Below are positions 8,286-16,572 of a stretch of 43,022 nt of DNA, piece by piece. The notes under the pieces were generated by a model. It was not told where the DNA came from and ran no database searches. It worked only from the letters and a program-made list of their open reading frames with translations. The first letter of the stretch is position 1. Every line of letters starts with the position of its first letter. Source of the stretch: a virus (Duplodnaviria > Caudoviricetes); the IMG/VR virus record IMGVR_UViG_3300032074_000009, positions 1 to 43,022 of that record. One strand, 5' to 3'. The translations under genes were made by a program, and so were the position numbers.

Positions 8286-9238
8286 CTTCCCTAGTGCCGG
8301 CCGCGCGCTCGTCGCTGATGACGCCGACGAACATGCGCGACGCGATGATGTTCGCGGATCGGCTCGCCGATAGCGCGCTCGTGCCGAAAGACTACCAAGG
8401 CAAGCCCGGCAACGTGCTCGTCGCGCTGCAATGGGGGCAAGAAATCGGGCTCGGCCCGATGCAGGCGTTGCAGGCGATCGCCATAATCAACGGTCGCGCC
8501 GCGCTGTGGGGTGACACGCTGTTAGCTCTCGCCCGCAATCATCCGGGGTTCGTCAGCATCGACGAGGGGGTGCGCGGCGAGGGTGACGAGCGACATGGAT
8601 ACTGCACCGTCGAGCGGCGCGGGCAGAACCCGACGCACAATGAATTCTCAGTCGCCGACGCGAAAAAAGCCGGGTTGTGGGGCAAGCAAGGCCCCTGGCA
8701 GAACTACCCCGACAGAATGATGAAAATGCGAGCGCGCGGGTTCAGCCTGCGCGACGCTTTCCCCGACGCCATCCGGGGGCTCTACATCGCCGAGGAAGCG
8801 CAGGACATTCCCGCCGAGCCGCGCGCGGTGCCGAACCTGGCCGACGCCGCGCCGCAGCCATCGCACCCCGTCGTCGCGCGCGAAGGCTCGATGCGGGAGT
8901 TTGGCGCCGAGGTCGCCGGCCGCCAGGTCGAGCGCCCGTTGAGCCCGGCCGAGGATGACGAGGCTTTGCCGCTCGTGTCGCTCGACGGGATACTGCGCGA
9001 GCTACGGCGAGGCCGCACCACGGGCGCGCCGGCTCCGGTCGTGTGGCAGGCGGCGGCGCTGCGCGAGGTGGCGCGGGCCGAGAGCACGACGGCGTTGCGG
9101 GTGTTCCGCGAGGTGAACGGGCCGCATTTCGCCAGCATCGCGGGCCAGCATCCCGACATCGTGGCAGCCGTTGAAGCCGCGATTGAGGCACGCGTTTTCG
9201 CCCCGATCGACGAGCCCGAGCCCGAGGTTGCGGAATGA
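8282..9238 (+). CDS. RecT-like ssDNA annealing recombinase
   Basis: LVPKDYQGKPGNVLVALQWGQEIGLGPMQALQAIAIINGR...W..YPDRMMKMRARGFSLRDAFPD. Confidence 0.85.
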   Translation: MTSLVPAARSSLMTPTNMRDAMMFADRLADSALVPKDYQGKPGNVLVALQWGQEIGLGPMQALQAIAIINGRAALWGDTLLALARNHPGFVSIDEGVRGEGDERHGYCTVERRGQNPTHNEFSVADAKKAGLWGKQGPWQNYPDRMMKMRARGFSLRDAFPDAIRGLYIAEEAQDIPAEPRAVPNLADAAPQPSHPVVAREGSMREFGAEVAGRQVERPLSPAEDDEALPLVSLDGILRELRRGRTTGAPAPVVWQAAALREVARAESTTALRVFREVNGPHFASIAGQHPDIVAAVEAAIEARVFAPIDEPEPEVAE

Positions 9239-9570
9239 TCGTAAGCCATTTTGAGAATTACGAGCCCGAGCTTGTTCGCGCTCATTGCTGCCCCGAGGCG
9301 CTGCACGCGTTCCTGAAAGCCTATGCCATGGCCGACGACGGCGCCGTGTCGGTCGGCTCGGGCGTGAGCCGCCGTTCAGGCGATCGCGTCCTGCTGCTAC
9401 GCATCGACGATGTTGCGGCGGCACTCCCCATGGGCAACGCCGCGATTTTTGCCGGCTTGCTCGACAGGCTCGCCGAACAGCCCGACGCCGACGAGGAAGC
9501 CTGGCGCGACCTGGCGGGGCTCGTGCGCCGGGTCATCGAGAGCGACAAACAAATGCGCAGGCCGAACTAG
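9235..9570 (+). CDS. Hypothetical protein
   Basis: ATGA-coupled 111-aa ORF. Confidence 0.65.
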   Translation: MIVSHFENYEPELVRAHCCPEALHAFLKAYAMADDGAVSVGSGVSRRSGDRVLLLRIDDVAAALPMGNAAIFAGLLDRLAEQPDADEEAWRDLAGLVRRVIESDKQMRRPN

Positions 9571-9640
9571 CGCGGCCCGCATCGCCGATCGGCACAACCC
9601 GACGGCTGAACCCCAAGCGATACGATTGGAGCGATTGCGA

Positions 9641-9979
9641 ATGTCTGTCCTGCCCGATGCGGTCTATGTGGCCGCTCTAAAGCTCGGCGTGGTCGTCGAG
9701 CGAGCGAAACGCGATGTCGTCGCCGACTGGAACGAGGAACGGGGGCCGCGCGAGCTTCGCAAATTCTGCGGGTTCTACTGGTTCTTAAAGAACCGCAACG
9801 GGAACATGATGGGCGGCCGGCACGGGCCGTTCACGAGCGAGGCCGCCGCGATCGGCGATGCGGTGACGGTGTTGGAACGCGAAGCCGCCAACGATCCTCG
9901 CGTTGCGCGCATCCTGCGCGAGAATGCCTTGCTGCCGCCGCTGCGGCGCATCGACCGGGAGGCCGCGCGCTATGCCTGA
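9641..9979 (+). CDS. Hypothetical protein
   Basis: MSVLPDAVY... with GGAG upstream. Confidence 0.6.
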   Translation: MSVLPDAVYVAALKLGVVVERAKRDVVADWNEERGPRELRKFCGFYWFLKNRNGNMMGGRHGPFTSEAAAIGDAVTVLEREAANDPRVARILRENALLPPLRRIDREAARYA

Positions 9980-10760
9980 ACCCTGCCCCATGTGCGGTCG
10001 CCCGCTGCGCCCGCTGCCGCGCACGCTGCACTCGGTCGTCGTGCGCGAGGAAGGCGCCACCCGCGCCAGGTATGACGGGCCGGGCGAGGTCGTCGGCCGC
10101 TCGCCGCTGCGGGTCGAGACCGTCGCCGGCCGGCGGGAGGTCGTGCAGGATTTAGAGGTATGGGATGGCGTGACCGTGCGCAGCGCATGGGCGCCGTTCT
10201 GCGCGTCGCAATGCGCCGCCCGGTTCGGCGTCGAGACCTGGCGGGCCGGGGTGCGGCCGGTCGAGCATGGCGGGGTTGAGGTCGAGCCGCCCGCGCTGCC
10301 GGCGCCCGACCTGGCCGCGCGCATGGCCCGGCTTATCGAGCACGTCGCCGAGCCCGAGGTTCAGAGCCGGGCGGCGAACCGCATCGAGCGCCAGGCCGAG
10401 GCGGGCCACGGCGCCGCGTTAATCCGCAACCCGATCGGCAAGTATTGGCAGCCGCCCGGCAAGCCGGCGCCGGTGCCTGGTCTGTTCAGGTATGACGCGG
10501 GAGGCTACCGCATCAGCGACACGCCCGAAGCGAACGAGGCGCGGCGCCAGAAAGCCGCCGTTGCGCGCTTGTCGCTGCCGAAGCGTCGGCCGATGGATGA
10601 CAAATTGCAGCCGTGGAAAGAATTCCAAATGACGGCGGCGCAATGGCGAGACCTGCCCGACGAGGAACAGCGCAGGCTACGGCAGCGCGCGCACGCGAAG
10701 CGATGGGCGCGGGCCAATCGCCCGCCGAAGGCGAACGGCCAGCACCGGCCGGGGCTCTAG
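9972..10760 (+). CDS. Hypothetical protein with Zn-binding motifs
   Basis: CPMCG...FCASQC; basic C-terminus. Confidence 0.6.
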   Translation: MPEPCPMCGRPLRPLPRTLHSVVVREEGATRARYDGPGEVVGRSPLRVETVAGRREVVQDLEVWDGVTVRSAWAPFCASQCAARFGVETWRAGVRPVEHGGVEVEPPALPAPDLAARMARLIEHVAEPEVQSRAANRIERQAEAGHGAALIRNPIGKYWQPPGKPAPVPGLFRYDAGGYRISDTPEANEARRQKAAVARLSLPKRRPMDDKLQPWKEFQMTAAQWRDLPDEEQRRLRQRAHAKRWARANRPPKANGQHRPGL

Positions 10761-11209
10761 CTCGTCAGCAGCGCCGCCAGCGCGCGGCCGGCGCCTGCCT
10801 CGTCGAGCGCCACGGCGACGAGCCCGCCTTGCTCGATTAGCCCGAACCCGCCGGCCGGCACGCTGACAACCCGCACCTCGCGCAGCGGGGCCGCCTGACG
10901 GGCTACGCCTGCGGGCGGTGCCTCGGGGCGGGCCGGGGCCGGCGGCAGGCTACGGGGGCCACCTGGCGCGGCTGGCGTGGTGACTGGCGCGGCCGGCAGG
11001 TCGGCCGGGGCCGCAGGGTTTAGCGCGGTTTCTATTTCCGAAATGACTTCCTCCATCGTCAGGCTCGGCAGCACCGGCAGCGGCTCGGGCGCCGGCTTGC
11101 GGGCGAGCGCGTCGAGCCGGTCGTGCAGCCGCACGGCGAGCCGCTCGATGCGCCCGAGCGCAGGTTCAGCCGGCGCCGCGATCGGCTCGACGCCGTGCTG
11201 ACAACCCAT
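10757..11209 (-). CDS. Pro/Ala-rich hypothetical protein (start uncertain)
   Basis: Protein-like part of ORF 10757..11398. Confidence 0.5.
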   Translation of the reverse strand: MGCQHGVEPIAAPAEPALGRIERLAVRLHDRLDALARKPAPEPLPVLPSLTMEEVISEIETALNPAAPADLPAAPVTTPAAPGGPRSLPPAPARPEAPPAGVARQAAPLREVRVVSVPAGGFGLIEQGGLVAVALDEAGAGRALAALLTS

Positions 11210-11301
11210 GATCTCGCAAAGCTCGTCAGTCGGGCAGGGGCTCGGGGATCGCGGGCAGCGCATCGCCGCATATTGCCGGGGCGGCGCGCGCCGAGGCGAG
11301 G

Positions 11302-11547
11302 CTAATCCGCGCAGCCGCCCATGATGCTCGCGTTGCCGGCGGCCGGGCTCGCGTCGTGGCACGGCATCGGCAGGCGGTGCGGGCGCCAGGCTGCCCAACG
11401 CTCGGCCGCCTCGCGCTTCGCCTGACGGTCGGCCGCCTCGCGCAGCATGGCATGATACTCGCGCAGCATCCGGTCGCCGCGCCGCGCGATGACGAGGAAG
11501 GCCCCGGCCGGGGCGGCGGCGAGGAAGATGGCAACGAGCGGCAGCAT
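11302..11547 (-). CDS. Small membrane-anchored coiled-coil protein
   Basis: MLPLVAIFLAAAPAGAFLVIA followed by a charged helix. Confidence 0.5.
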   Translation of the reverse strand: MLPLVAIFLAAAPAGAFLVIARRGDRMLREYHAMLREAADRQAKREAAERWAAWRPHRLPMPCHDASPAAGNASIMGGCAD

Positions 11548-11629
11548 GGGGGCGGTTCCTGGCCGCGAGGCGCGGCGCCTCGGCATAGCCGCAACTCGAT
11601 GCCGGCCCGTTGCCCGATCCTGCGATTGC

Positions 11630-11698
11630 CTAGCGCAGCAGCAGCACCGCGAGCGAGCCGAGGATGATGCCGGCGACGAGCCAGGGTCGGCCGATCAT
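11630..11698 (-). CDS. 22-aa hydrophobic micropeptide
   Basis: Hand-translated MIGRPWLVAGIILGSLAVLLLR; strong RBS GGGAAGGAGAGG upstream. Confidence 0.55.
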   Translation of the reverse strand: MIGRPWLVAGIILGSLAVLLLR

Positions 11699-11753
11699 GG
11701 CAAGCCTCTCCTTCCCTGCGGTAAGCATCGCCGATTTCCGGTCAGACCGGGCA

Positions 11754-12071
11754 CTAGAGCCAGGTTTCGACAATCACCGGATCATCGGCCGGCGACCGGG
11801 CAAGGCAGGTGAGGCCCGGCGGCAGCAGGTCGCGCACCTCGGCCAGCGTCGCGGCGCGCACCAGGCAATTTGTCATCTGCGGTTCGGGCAGCGCCACCCA
11901 TAGCCGCGCGACGAACATGCCGGGGTGATCGGCCGGGCTTTCGGTCACGACCCATTGCGGCAGGCGCTCGGGAGGAAAATGCGCCTGCGCCTCGGCCGCG
12001 CCTTGGCGCACGCGCTCGACGGCGGCGGCATAATCGGCGGCATCGGCGGCAGGCTCTAGGGGCTTGGGCAT
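11754..12071 (-). CDS. Hypothetical protein
   Basis: WVV..SPADHPGMFVARLW...LPPGL....RSPADDPVIVETWL; GAGGTG RBS. Confidence 0.7.
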   Translation of the reverse strand: MPKPLEPAADAADYAAAVERVRQGAAEAQAHFPPERLPQWVVTESPADHPGMFVARLWVALPEPQMTNCLVRAATLAEVRDLLPPGLTCLARSPADDPVIVETWL

Positions 12072-12132
12072 CGGCACCTCGGGGTGATTGTGGCGGCTTC
12101 TACTCACACGCGGGAAGCGCCGAGAGCGCGTG

Positions 12133-12309
12133 TTAGGCGTCGGGGATTGCCAGGGCTTCCAGCCGCAGCAGCCCCAACCGATAGACCGTATCCCGCAAGC
12201 CGGGGCGGTAGGTGTTCATGAACCGCACGGCGCGGTCGGCATCCTGGCGCGTCTCGTGCAGCGGCCCGACCGGCTCGCCGTCGCCGTCCAGCACGGCCCA
12301 TCGCAGCAT
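12133..12309 (-). CDS. Small hypothetical protein
   Basis: GGAGGTTGAAATG leader. Confidence 0.65.
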   Translation of the reverse strand: MLRWAVLDGDGEPVGPLHETRQDADRAVRFMNTYRPGLRDTVYRLGLLRLEALAIPDA

Positions 12310-12356
12310 TTCAACCTCCATTGTGCTTAGGCGTGAGAAGCGGGTAGCGAGAGCGA

Positions 12357-12620
12357 TTATGCGCGGCGCTTTTTGGCCGTAAGCCCGACCGCGTGTTGAA
12401 GGCTGATGCCCGTGTCAGGCACCCGCACGAAGCCGGTGCGGCCATCGTCGTGGGACACATGCTGATATTCGCCCGGTCCCTCCCAAGGCATCGGCTTCAA
12501 GGCGTAGCCGTCGCGGGCGGAAGGCTCCGAGAGCAGAACCCACAAGGCGTGGGCTTTGGCGTTCCCGGCGACAATGGCTTGCACCGCCTCATCGAAACCT
12601 GCGTGCGTGCGTTCGGTCAT
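12357..12620 (-). CDS. Hypothetical protein
   Basis: AGGAGA RBS; 87 aa. Confidence 0.65.
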   Translation of the reverse strand: MTERTHAGFDEAVQAIVAGNAKAHALWVLLSEPSARDGYALKPMPWEGPGEYQHVSHDDGRTGFVRVPDTGISLQHAVGLTAKKRRA

Positions 12621-12663
12621 GTTCTATCTCCTGGGGGTAAGACGTTAGAAGCCGGTGTCTGGG

Positions 12664-12849
12664 TTACTTCTCGGCGTGCCGGGCTGCGTCTAGCAGCGCC
12701 CGTTCCGTCCGCTGCATTCTGACCAGCGCGGCTTGAAATGGCGCGTTGGCTCCGTCTTTTGCCGCTTCCGGGTGGTCCCTCTCCAACTCCCGCCACGCGA
12801 GGCCGACCAGCGAGGCCGCTCCCCTGTAGCCTTTGGCTGCTTCGCTCAT
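12664..12849 (-). CDS. Small hypothetical protein
   Basis: GGAGAGGTTGAAATG leader. Confidence 0.65.
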   Translation of the reverse strand: MSEAAKGYRGAASLVGLAWRELERDHPEAAKDGANAPFQAALVRMQRTERALLDAARHAEK

Positions 12850-12886
12850 TTCAACCTCTCCTGTGCAATCACGCGGGAAGCGCGGT

Positions 12887-13051
12887 TCAGCGCGTCTTAG
12901 GCTTGGGCTTCTGTTTCGCCTTCTGCGGCTTGCAAGAGGCGCAACGGCGGGGATAGCCGGGCGCCTCGGCCCCGTTCAGCACGTCGTCAAACCACTCGCC
13001 GCAGCCTTCGCATACGAGACCATCCAAGGCATCGTCAGCAGCTTCGCCCAT
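12887..13051 (-). CDS. 54-aa Zn-ribbon protein (not in the ORF track)
   Basis: MGEAADDALDGLVCEGCGEWFDDVLNGAEAPGYPRRCASCKPQKAKQKPKPKTR; GGAGG RBS. Confidence 0.7.
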   Translation of the reverse strand: MGEAADDALDGLVCEGCGEWFDDVLNGAEAPGYPRRCASCKPQKAKQKPKPKTR

Positions 13052-13098
13052 GTTCATCCTCCATTGTTCTAATCTCGACGACTGCGGTAGAGCGCGCC

Positions 13099-13371
13099 TT
13101 ACAGCGCCCCAAGCGACAGGCCGAGGTGGCGCCGCAGGTCGTCAATCTCGTCGAGCCGCTCGGCAAGCTCGTGCCGCAGCCGGTCAATCTCGGCGACTTG
13201 CGCGCAGGCGCCCGGCATCGGGCAGCCGATCGGCTCGGGCGTGGTGGCGCTGAACGTGCGCCCGCCGAGCGTCAGCCGCAGCGCCGCGACTTCCTCCCGC
13301 AGCCGGGCCGCCTCGCGCTCGGCAGTCTGCGCGATGTCGCGCATGTCGATGAAGGCTTGCAGCAGGGTCAC
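13099..13371 (-). CDS. Coiled-coil hypothetical protein
   Basis: Heptad-like helices flanking CPMPGAC. Confidence 0.6.
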   Translation of the reverse strand: MTLLQAFIDMRDIAQTAEREAARLREEVAALRLTLGGRTFSATTPEPIGCPMPGACAQVAEIDRLRHELAERLDEIDDLRRHLGLSLGAL

Positions 13372-13431
13372 TCGTCGCCCCCTCTTGTCGGGGGCGGCTT
13401 GCGCCGCCCCGTGTCGTCGATCGCCGGCAGG

Positions 13432-14388
13432 TTAGGCGATGCCCCGCAGCGCCCGATATTCCTTCGCGGTGATCGCCTGCGCCGCCCGCCACTCGGCGCC
13501 CGCCGGGATGCGGCTCCGGTCCAGCGTCCAATGCACCTCGGCATCGGCGCCCATGCGCCAGGCCGCGACATAAGCCCGCGTCTGCGTCGAGCGGAACACC
13601 ATGCCCTCGGGGAAGGCTGCGCGGAAATAGAGGGTGCGCGCCTGGTCGGGCTGGCTCGGGGCCGCGACGGGCTCGGCAAGCTCGGCCCGCAGCCCCGCGA
13701 GCACCGAACCCGCCACCGCCGCCAGGTCGTCGCGCTCGCCTTCCTCGGCGCCCTCGGGGGGCTCAGCGCCTTCCTCGGGCATCAGCAGGTCGCAGTCGCC
13801 ACAGATGACGCGCGAGCCCGGCTTGCCCCACATGGCAAGCTCGCAGCCGGTGCAAACATACTTGGCGCGCGTCGTTTTTTTCGCCGCCGGCTTCGCCGCG
13901 CATTGCACCTCGCGCCAGCGCAGCGCGAAATCGGGGCTTGCGAGTAGCTCGGTCACGGCGACATCGAAGGGGCCGCCGGCGACGATCCGGTGCGTCATTT
14001 TCTGCCCGGTGCGCTTGCCGCTGCCGTCGCTCGCTTCCGGCGCCAGGCCGATAGCGTCCATTTTCGCGGCCCATTCCTCGTTGTGGTAGCCCTTGCGGCT
14101 CGGCTTGCCGTGGTGCTGCTGCCAGGCGTGAACCATCTCGTGCGCCAGGGTGCCGAGCGCCTCGCGCACGTCGCCGAAATGGGCCGGGTTCATGGCGATT
14201 TCGTCGACCGTCGCGCCGTTCGCGTCGCTGAACCGCTCGGGGCTGAAATAGCCCGCAACGCGGTGCTCTTTCCGTTGCAGGGTTATCAGCGTCGCCGGCA
14301 GGCTGCCGCCGAAAAGCTCGCCGTTGAAGTGGTCGAAGGCGGCTTGAAGCGCCTGGTAGGTCTCGCCGGTCGGGGTCGTCGTGTTCAT
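13432..14388 (-). CDS. SprT-like zinc metalloprotease domain protein
   Basis: FDHFN.ELF...LP, EIAMNP, LAHEMVH, GYHNEEW, KYVCTGC...CGDC; extra C-terminal domain. Confidence 0.88.
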   Translation of the reverse strand: MNTTTPTGETYQALQAAFDHFNGELFGGSLPATLITLQRKEHRVAGYFSPERFSDANGATVDEIAMNPAHFGDVREALGTLAHEMVHAWQQHHGKPSRKGYHNEEWAAKMDAIGLAPEASDGSGKRTGQKMTHRIVAGGPFDVAVTELLASPDFALRWREVQCAAKPAAKKTTRAKYVCTGCELAMWGKPGSRVICGDCDLLMPEEGAEPPEGAEEGERDDLAAVAGSVLAGLRAELAEPVAAPSQPDQARTLYFRAAFPEGMVFRSTQTRAYVAAWRMGADAEVHWTLDRSRIPAGAEWRAAQAITAKEYRALRGIA

Positions 14389-14533
14389 GGTTGCATCGCC
14401 TTTCTGCCGCGCCGGTCATTGCCGCGCCGGCTATTTATGGGCCGATGTTTTGCACAACACAAGCGCCAAACGACAGCGGGGCCGCCGTTCCGCTTGCGTT
14501 CGCGGTATTGCGATCGGCTCGCGGCGCCATCTC

Positions 14534-14557
14534 GGTTTTACGGGGTGTTTGACGGGC
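14534..14557 (+). promoter_or_regulatory. Tandem motif copy 1 (GGTTTTACGGGG TGTTTGACGGGC)
   Basis: Matches the copies at 16094, 41208 and 42934. Confidence 0.6.
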
Positions 14558-14593
14558 AAAAAAGAACCCCGCCGAACGAGCCGGCGGGGCTTT
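14558..14593 (-). terminator. Intrinsic terminator ending the lysis transcript, possibly bidirectional
   Basis: Stem CCCCGCCG/CGGCGGGG (14567-14589) with TTCTTTTTT on the minus strand and TTT on the plus strand. Confidence 0.8.
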
Positions 14594-14654
14594 AAAGGCT
14601 GCGATACAACCTCGCCGGGAACGCCTGGAAGGCGCCGGGATCGGGCGAGCCGGG

Positions 14655-14954
14655 CTAGGATACCGCGCCGCGAGCCCCGCGCACAGCAGCCAGGCCGCCA
14701 CATTGCTCCCGCCGCCAACACCCGCACGAGACCGGGCTGCCCGGCTTGCCGAGGCTGGCGCCGCGCACCACCGTTTCGCCTCGGCAGGCGTAGCGCGTCG
14801 AGCCCGAGCACCGCACCCGCCAGTATGCCGCAGTATCCTCGATGCGAAGGCCGATCGGCCGGGGTGCGCGCTCGATGACGGTCAACCGGCCGAACGTGCG
14901 GCCGGTCAGGTCGCGCAGCGGCTTGCCGCCGCCGTGGCGTCGGGGCGGTTTCAT
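14655..14954 (-). CDS. Stand-alone N-terminal domain of AP2/HNH-type phage endonucleases
   Basis: DLTGRTFGRLTVIER...YWRVRC...C.....VRGASL.....SCGC; no nuclease domain follows. Confidence 0.65.
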   Translation of the reverse strand: MKPPRRHGGGKPLRDLTGRTFGRLTVIERAPRPIGLRIEDTAAYWRVRCSGSTRYACRGETVVRGASLGKPGSPVSCGCWRREQCGGLAAVRGARGAVS

Positions 14955-15349
14955 TGCAGCGGGAGCACCTCAACGGGGAACACGCCGCGCTCGACGCCGC
15001 CGAGCGCCCGAGCGGCGCCTAGCGACACGTCGATGATGCGGTGCGCCTGGTCGCGGAACGGGCCGCGATCGGTGATCGTCAGCACGACGCGCCGGCCGGT
15101 CAGAATGTTCGTCACGCGAACCCGCGTCCCGAACGGCAGGGTGCGGCTCGCCGCCGTCAGCCCGTTTTCGTCGAAACGGGAGCCGTCGGCTGCGCGCCGC
15201 CCGTTGAAGTAGCAGCAGTAATAGGACGCGAGCCCGTAGCGCGCCCGCAGGTCGAGCGGCAGGCGGGTTGCGCCTGGCGCCAGCGCAGCGGCCGGGCCGA
15301 CGAGCGCCAGCAAGCCGGCGAGCGCAAGGCCGAGGGTGCGCGCGCTCAC
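14951..15349 (-). CDS. RlpA-like (double-psi beta-barrel) lytic transglycosylase with signal peptide
   Basis: GLASYY...FNGRRAADGSRFD...TAASRTLPFGTRVRVTN...DRGPF...RIIDVS; GTGA overlap with the endolysin stop. Confidence 0.9.
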   Translation of the reverse strand: MSARTLGLALAGLLALVGPAAALAPGATRLPLDLRARYGLASYYCCYFNGRRAADGSRFDENGLTAASRTLPFGTRVRVTNILTGRRVVLTITDRGPFRDQAHRIIDVSLGAARALGGVERGVFPVEVLPLQ

Positions 15350-15984
15350 AGCCCGAGCGCCTTGCGTGCCCGCGCGTAGCGGCTGCGCCGATCGTCGAGC
15401 CCGTTGCTGCCGCCGTTGATGCGGCGGCTGATGGCGTCGATGTCGCCGGCATCGGCGAGCCGGTTGCAGTCGCTCTCGTGCCAGAACCACGCCGCCGACA
15501 GCGAGGCGCCGAGCTTGGTTCGCAGCCAGTCGGGAACATCCTCGGTCGCCAGGTCGAAAGCCTGTGCAACGAGGTCATGGTTCGTGAAGCCGGTTACGCC
15601 GAGAAGGCCGGCGCCCCGGTATTTGTAACCGTCGCCGGCATAATCGTTGCCCATGCGCCGCCCATAAACCGCCTCGGCGATCGCGTATTGATCGGCCGGG
15701 CGGCCGGGCTTGCGGCCGATGCGATCGGCCAGCCAGGCAGGCACGCGCGCGGGGAATGTGCGCAGCAGGCCCGACACGGAATAGTCGAGACTTTCCGACA
15801 GTTTCGTTGCGTCGGCGCTCTCGTGCCCGACCTGCGCCAGCCAGCCGGCGAGGCGCGGCGCCGTGTCGATGTCAAACCGCTCGGTCGCCTCGCGCATCGG
15901 CGCGAGCCAGGCGGCGGGCTCGGGATTGGAAGGGAAGCAAGCCGCAAGCACCGCCAGCGACAGCACGGGCATCGTTGCACCCAT
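15346..15984 (-). CDS. Endolysin, glycoside hydrolase family 19
   Basis: RLAGWLAQVGHES, ESLDYS, RMGN...GDGYKYRGAGLLGVTG..N, SAAWFW, RRINGG.NGLDDR. Confidence 0.92.
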   Translation of the reverse strand: MGATMPVLSLAVLAACFPSNPEPAAWLAPMREATERFDIDTAPRLAGWLAQVGHESADATKLSESLDYSVSGLLRTFPARVPAWLADRIGRKPGRPADQYAIAEAVYGRRMGNDYAGDGYKYRGAGLLGVTGFTNHDLVAQAFDLATEDVPDWLRTKLGASLSAAWFWHESDCNRLADAGDIDAISRRINGGSNGLDDRRSRYARARKALGL

Positions 15985-16068
15985 AGGTTGCTTGCCGGGG
16001 CGGCAAGATCAACTAGGTGTAATCGAAGCGCCAACGGCTCGCAATCGCGTGATCGTGCCGGCATCTTG

Positions 16069-16117
16069 TTGCCACCCCAGCACGGCTCGGGCATGTTTTA
16101 CGCGCTGTTTTACAGGG
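16069..16117 (+). promoter_or_regulatory. Predicted promoter TTGCCA-N17-CATGTT overlapped by tandem motif copy 2 (TGTTTTAC at 16094 and 16106)
   Basis: Read directly; lies immediately upstream of ATG 16126. Confidence 0.6.
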
Positions 16118-16125
16118 TGCCCGAC

Positions 16126-16572
16126 ATGAGCGACACGAGCGAAAAGCGCAGCCCCAAGGCTATCCGCGACATGCCCGAGGCGGTGTGGCAGGTCGCCAAA
16201 GCCGGCGCCGAGCGCGACGGCGCGACGCTGGCCGACTATCTCGCGCGGGCGATCGCCGAGCTAGAGCGCGGCGAGGCAGAGCGCGCCAGGCAGCGCGCCG
16301 AGGGGCCGCGCCCGGTCGATGCCGTCGCTGTGCCGATGGGGGAGGGGAGGGGGGAGGCGCCACCGGCGGGGCCGAGCCTGGCCGACCTGGCGGCGCTGAT
16401 GTCGGCAACCGCAGCCCTGGCCGCAGCCTCGGGCGAGGCGCTGCCGCCCGACCTGCTGCACGGGGCGGTGCGCCTGCTGCGCGGGGTGCTGCCCCGGCGC
16501 CGGCAGGGTGCCCGGCCGCAGGTCGAGCGCGTCAGGGGGCCGGATGGGCGCTATCTGCGGGCGCTGTCCTAG
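16126..16572 (+). CDS. Ribbon-helix-helix-like DNA-binding protein
   Basis: KAIRDMPEAVWQVAKAGAERDGATLADYLARAI fits the beta-alpha-alpha pattern, including the turn Gly. Confidence 0.65.
   Translation: MSDTSEKRSPKAIRDMPEAVWQVAKAGAERDGATLADYLARAIAELERGEAERARQRAEGPRPVDAVAVPMGEGRGEAPPAGPSLADLAALMSATAALAAASGEALPPDLLHGAVRLLRGVLPRRRQGARPQVERVRGPDGRYLRALS

Noticed and set aside
4367-9614. 13-bp match ACGGCTGAACCCC at 4367 and 9602
   Set aside because: Matches of this length are expected by chance in 43 kb of high-GC DNA, and there is no shared context.
12106-12138. Integron attC-like site (GCCTAAC overlapping a stop codon, followed by a hairpin)
   Set aside because: No matching GTTRRRY at a suitable distance, the element is too short and no integron integrase is present.
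15930-15984. Lipobox-like LAAC at the endolysin N-terminus
   Set aside because: No basic n-region and a short h-region; it probably corresponds to the ordinary first helix of phage GH19 enzymes. SignalP would settle it.
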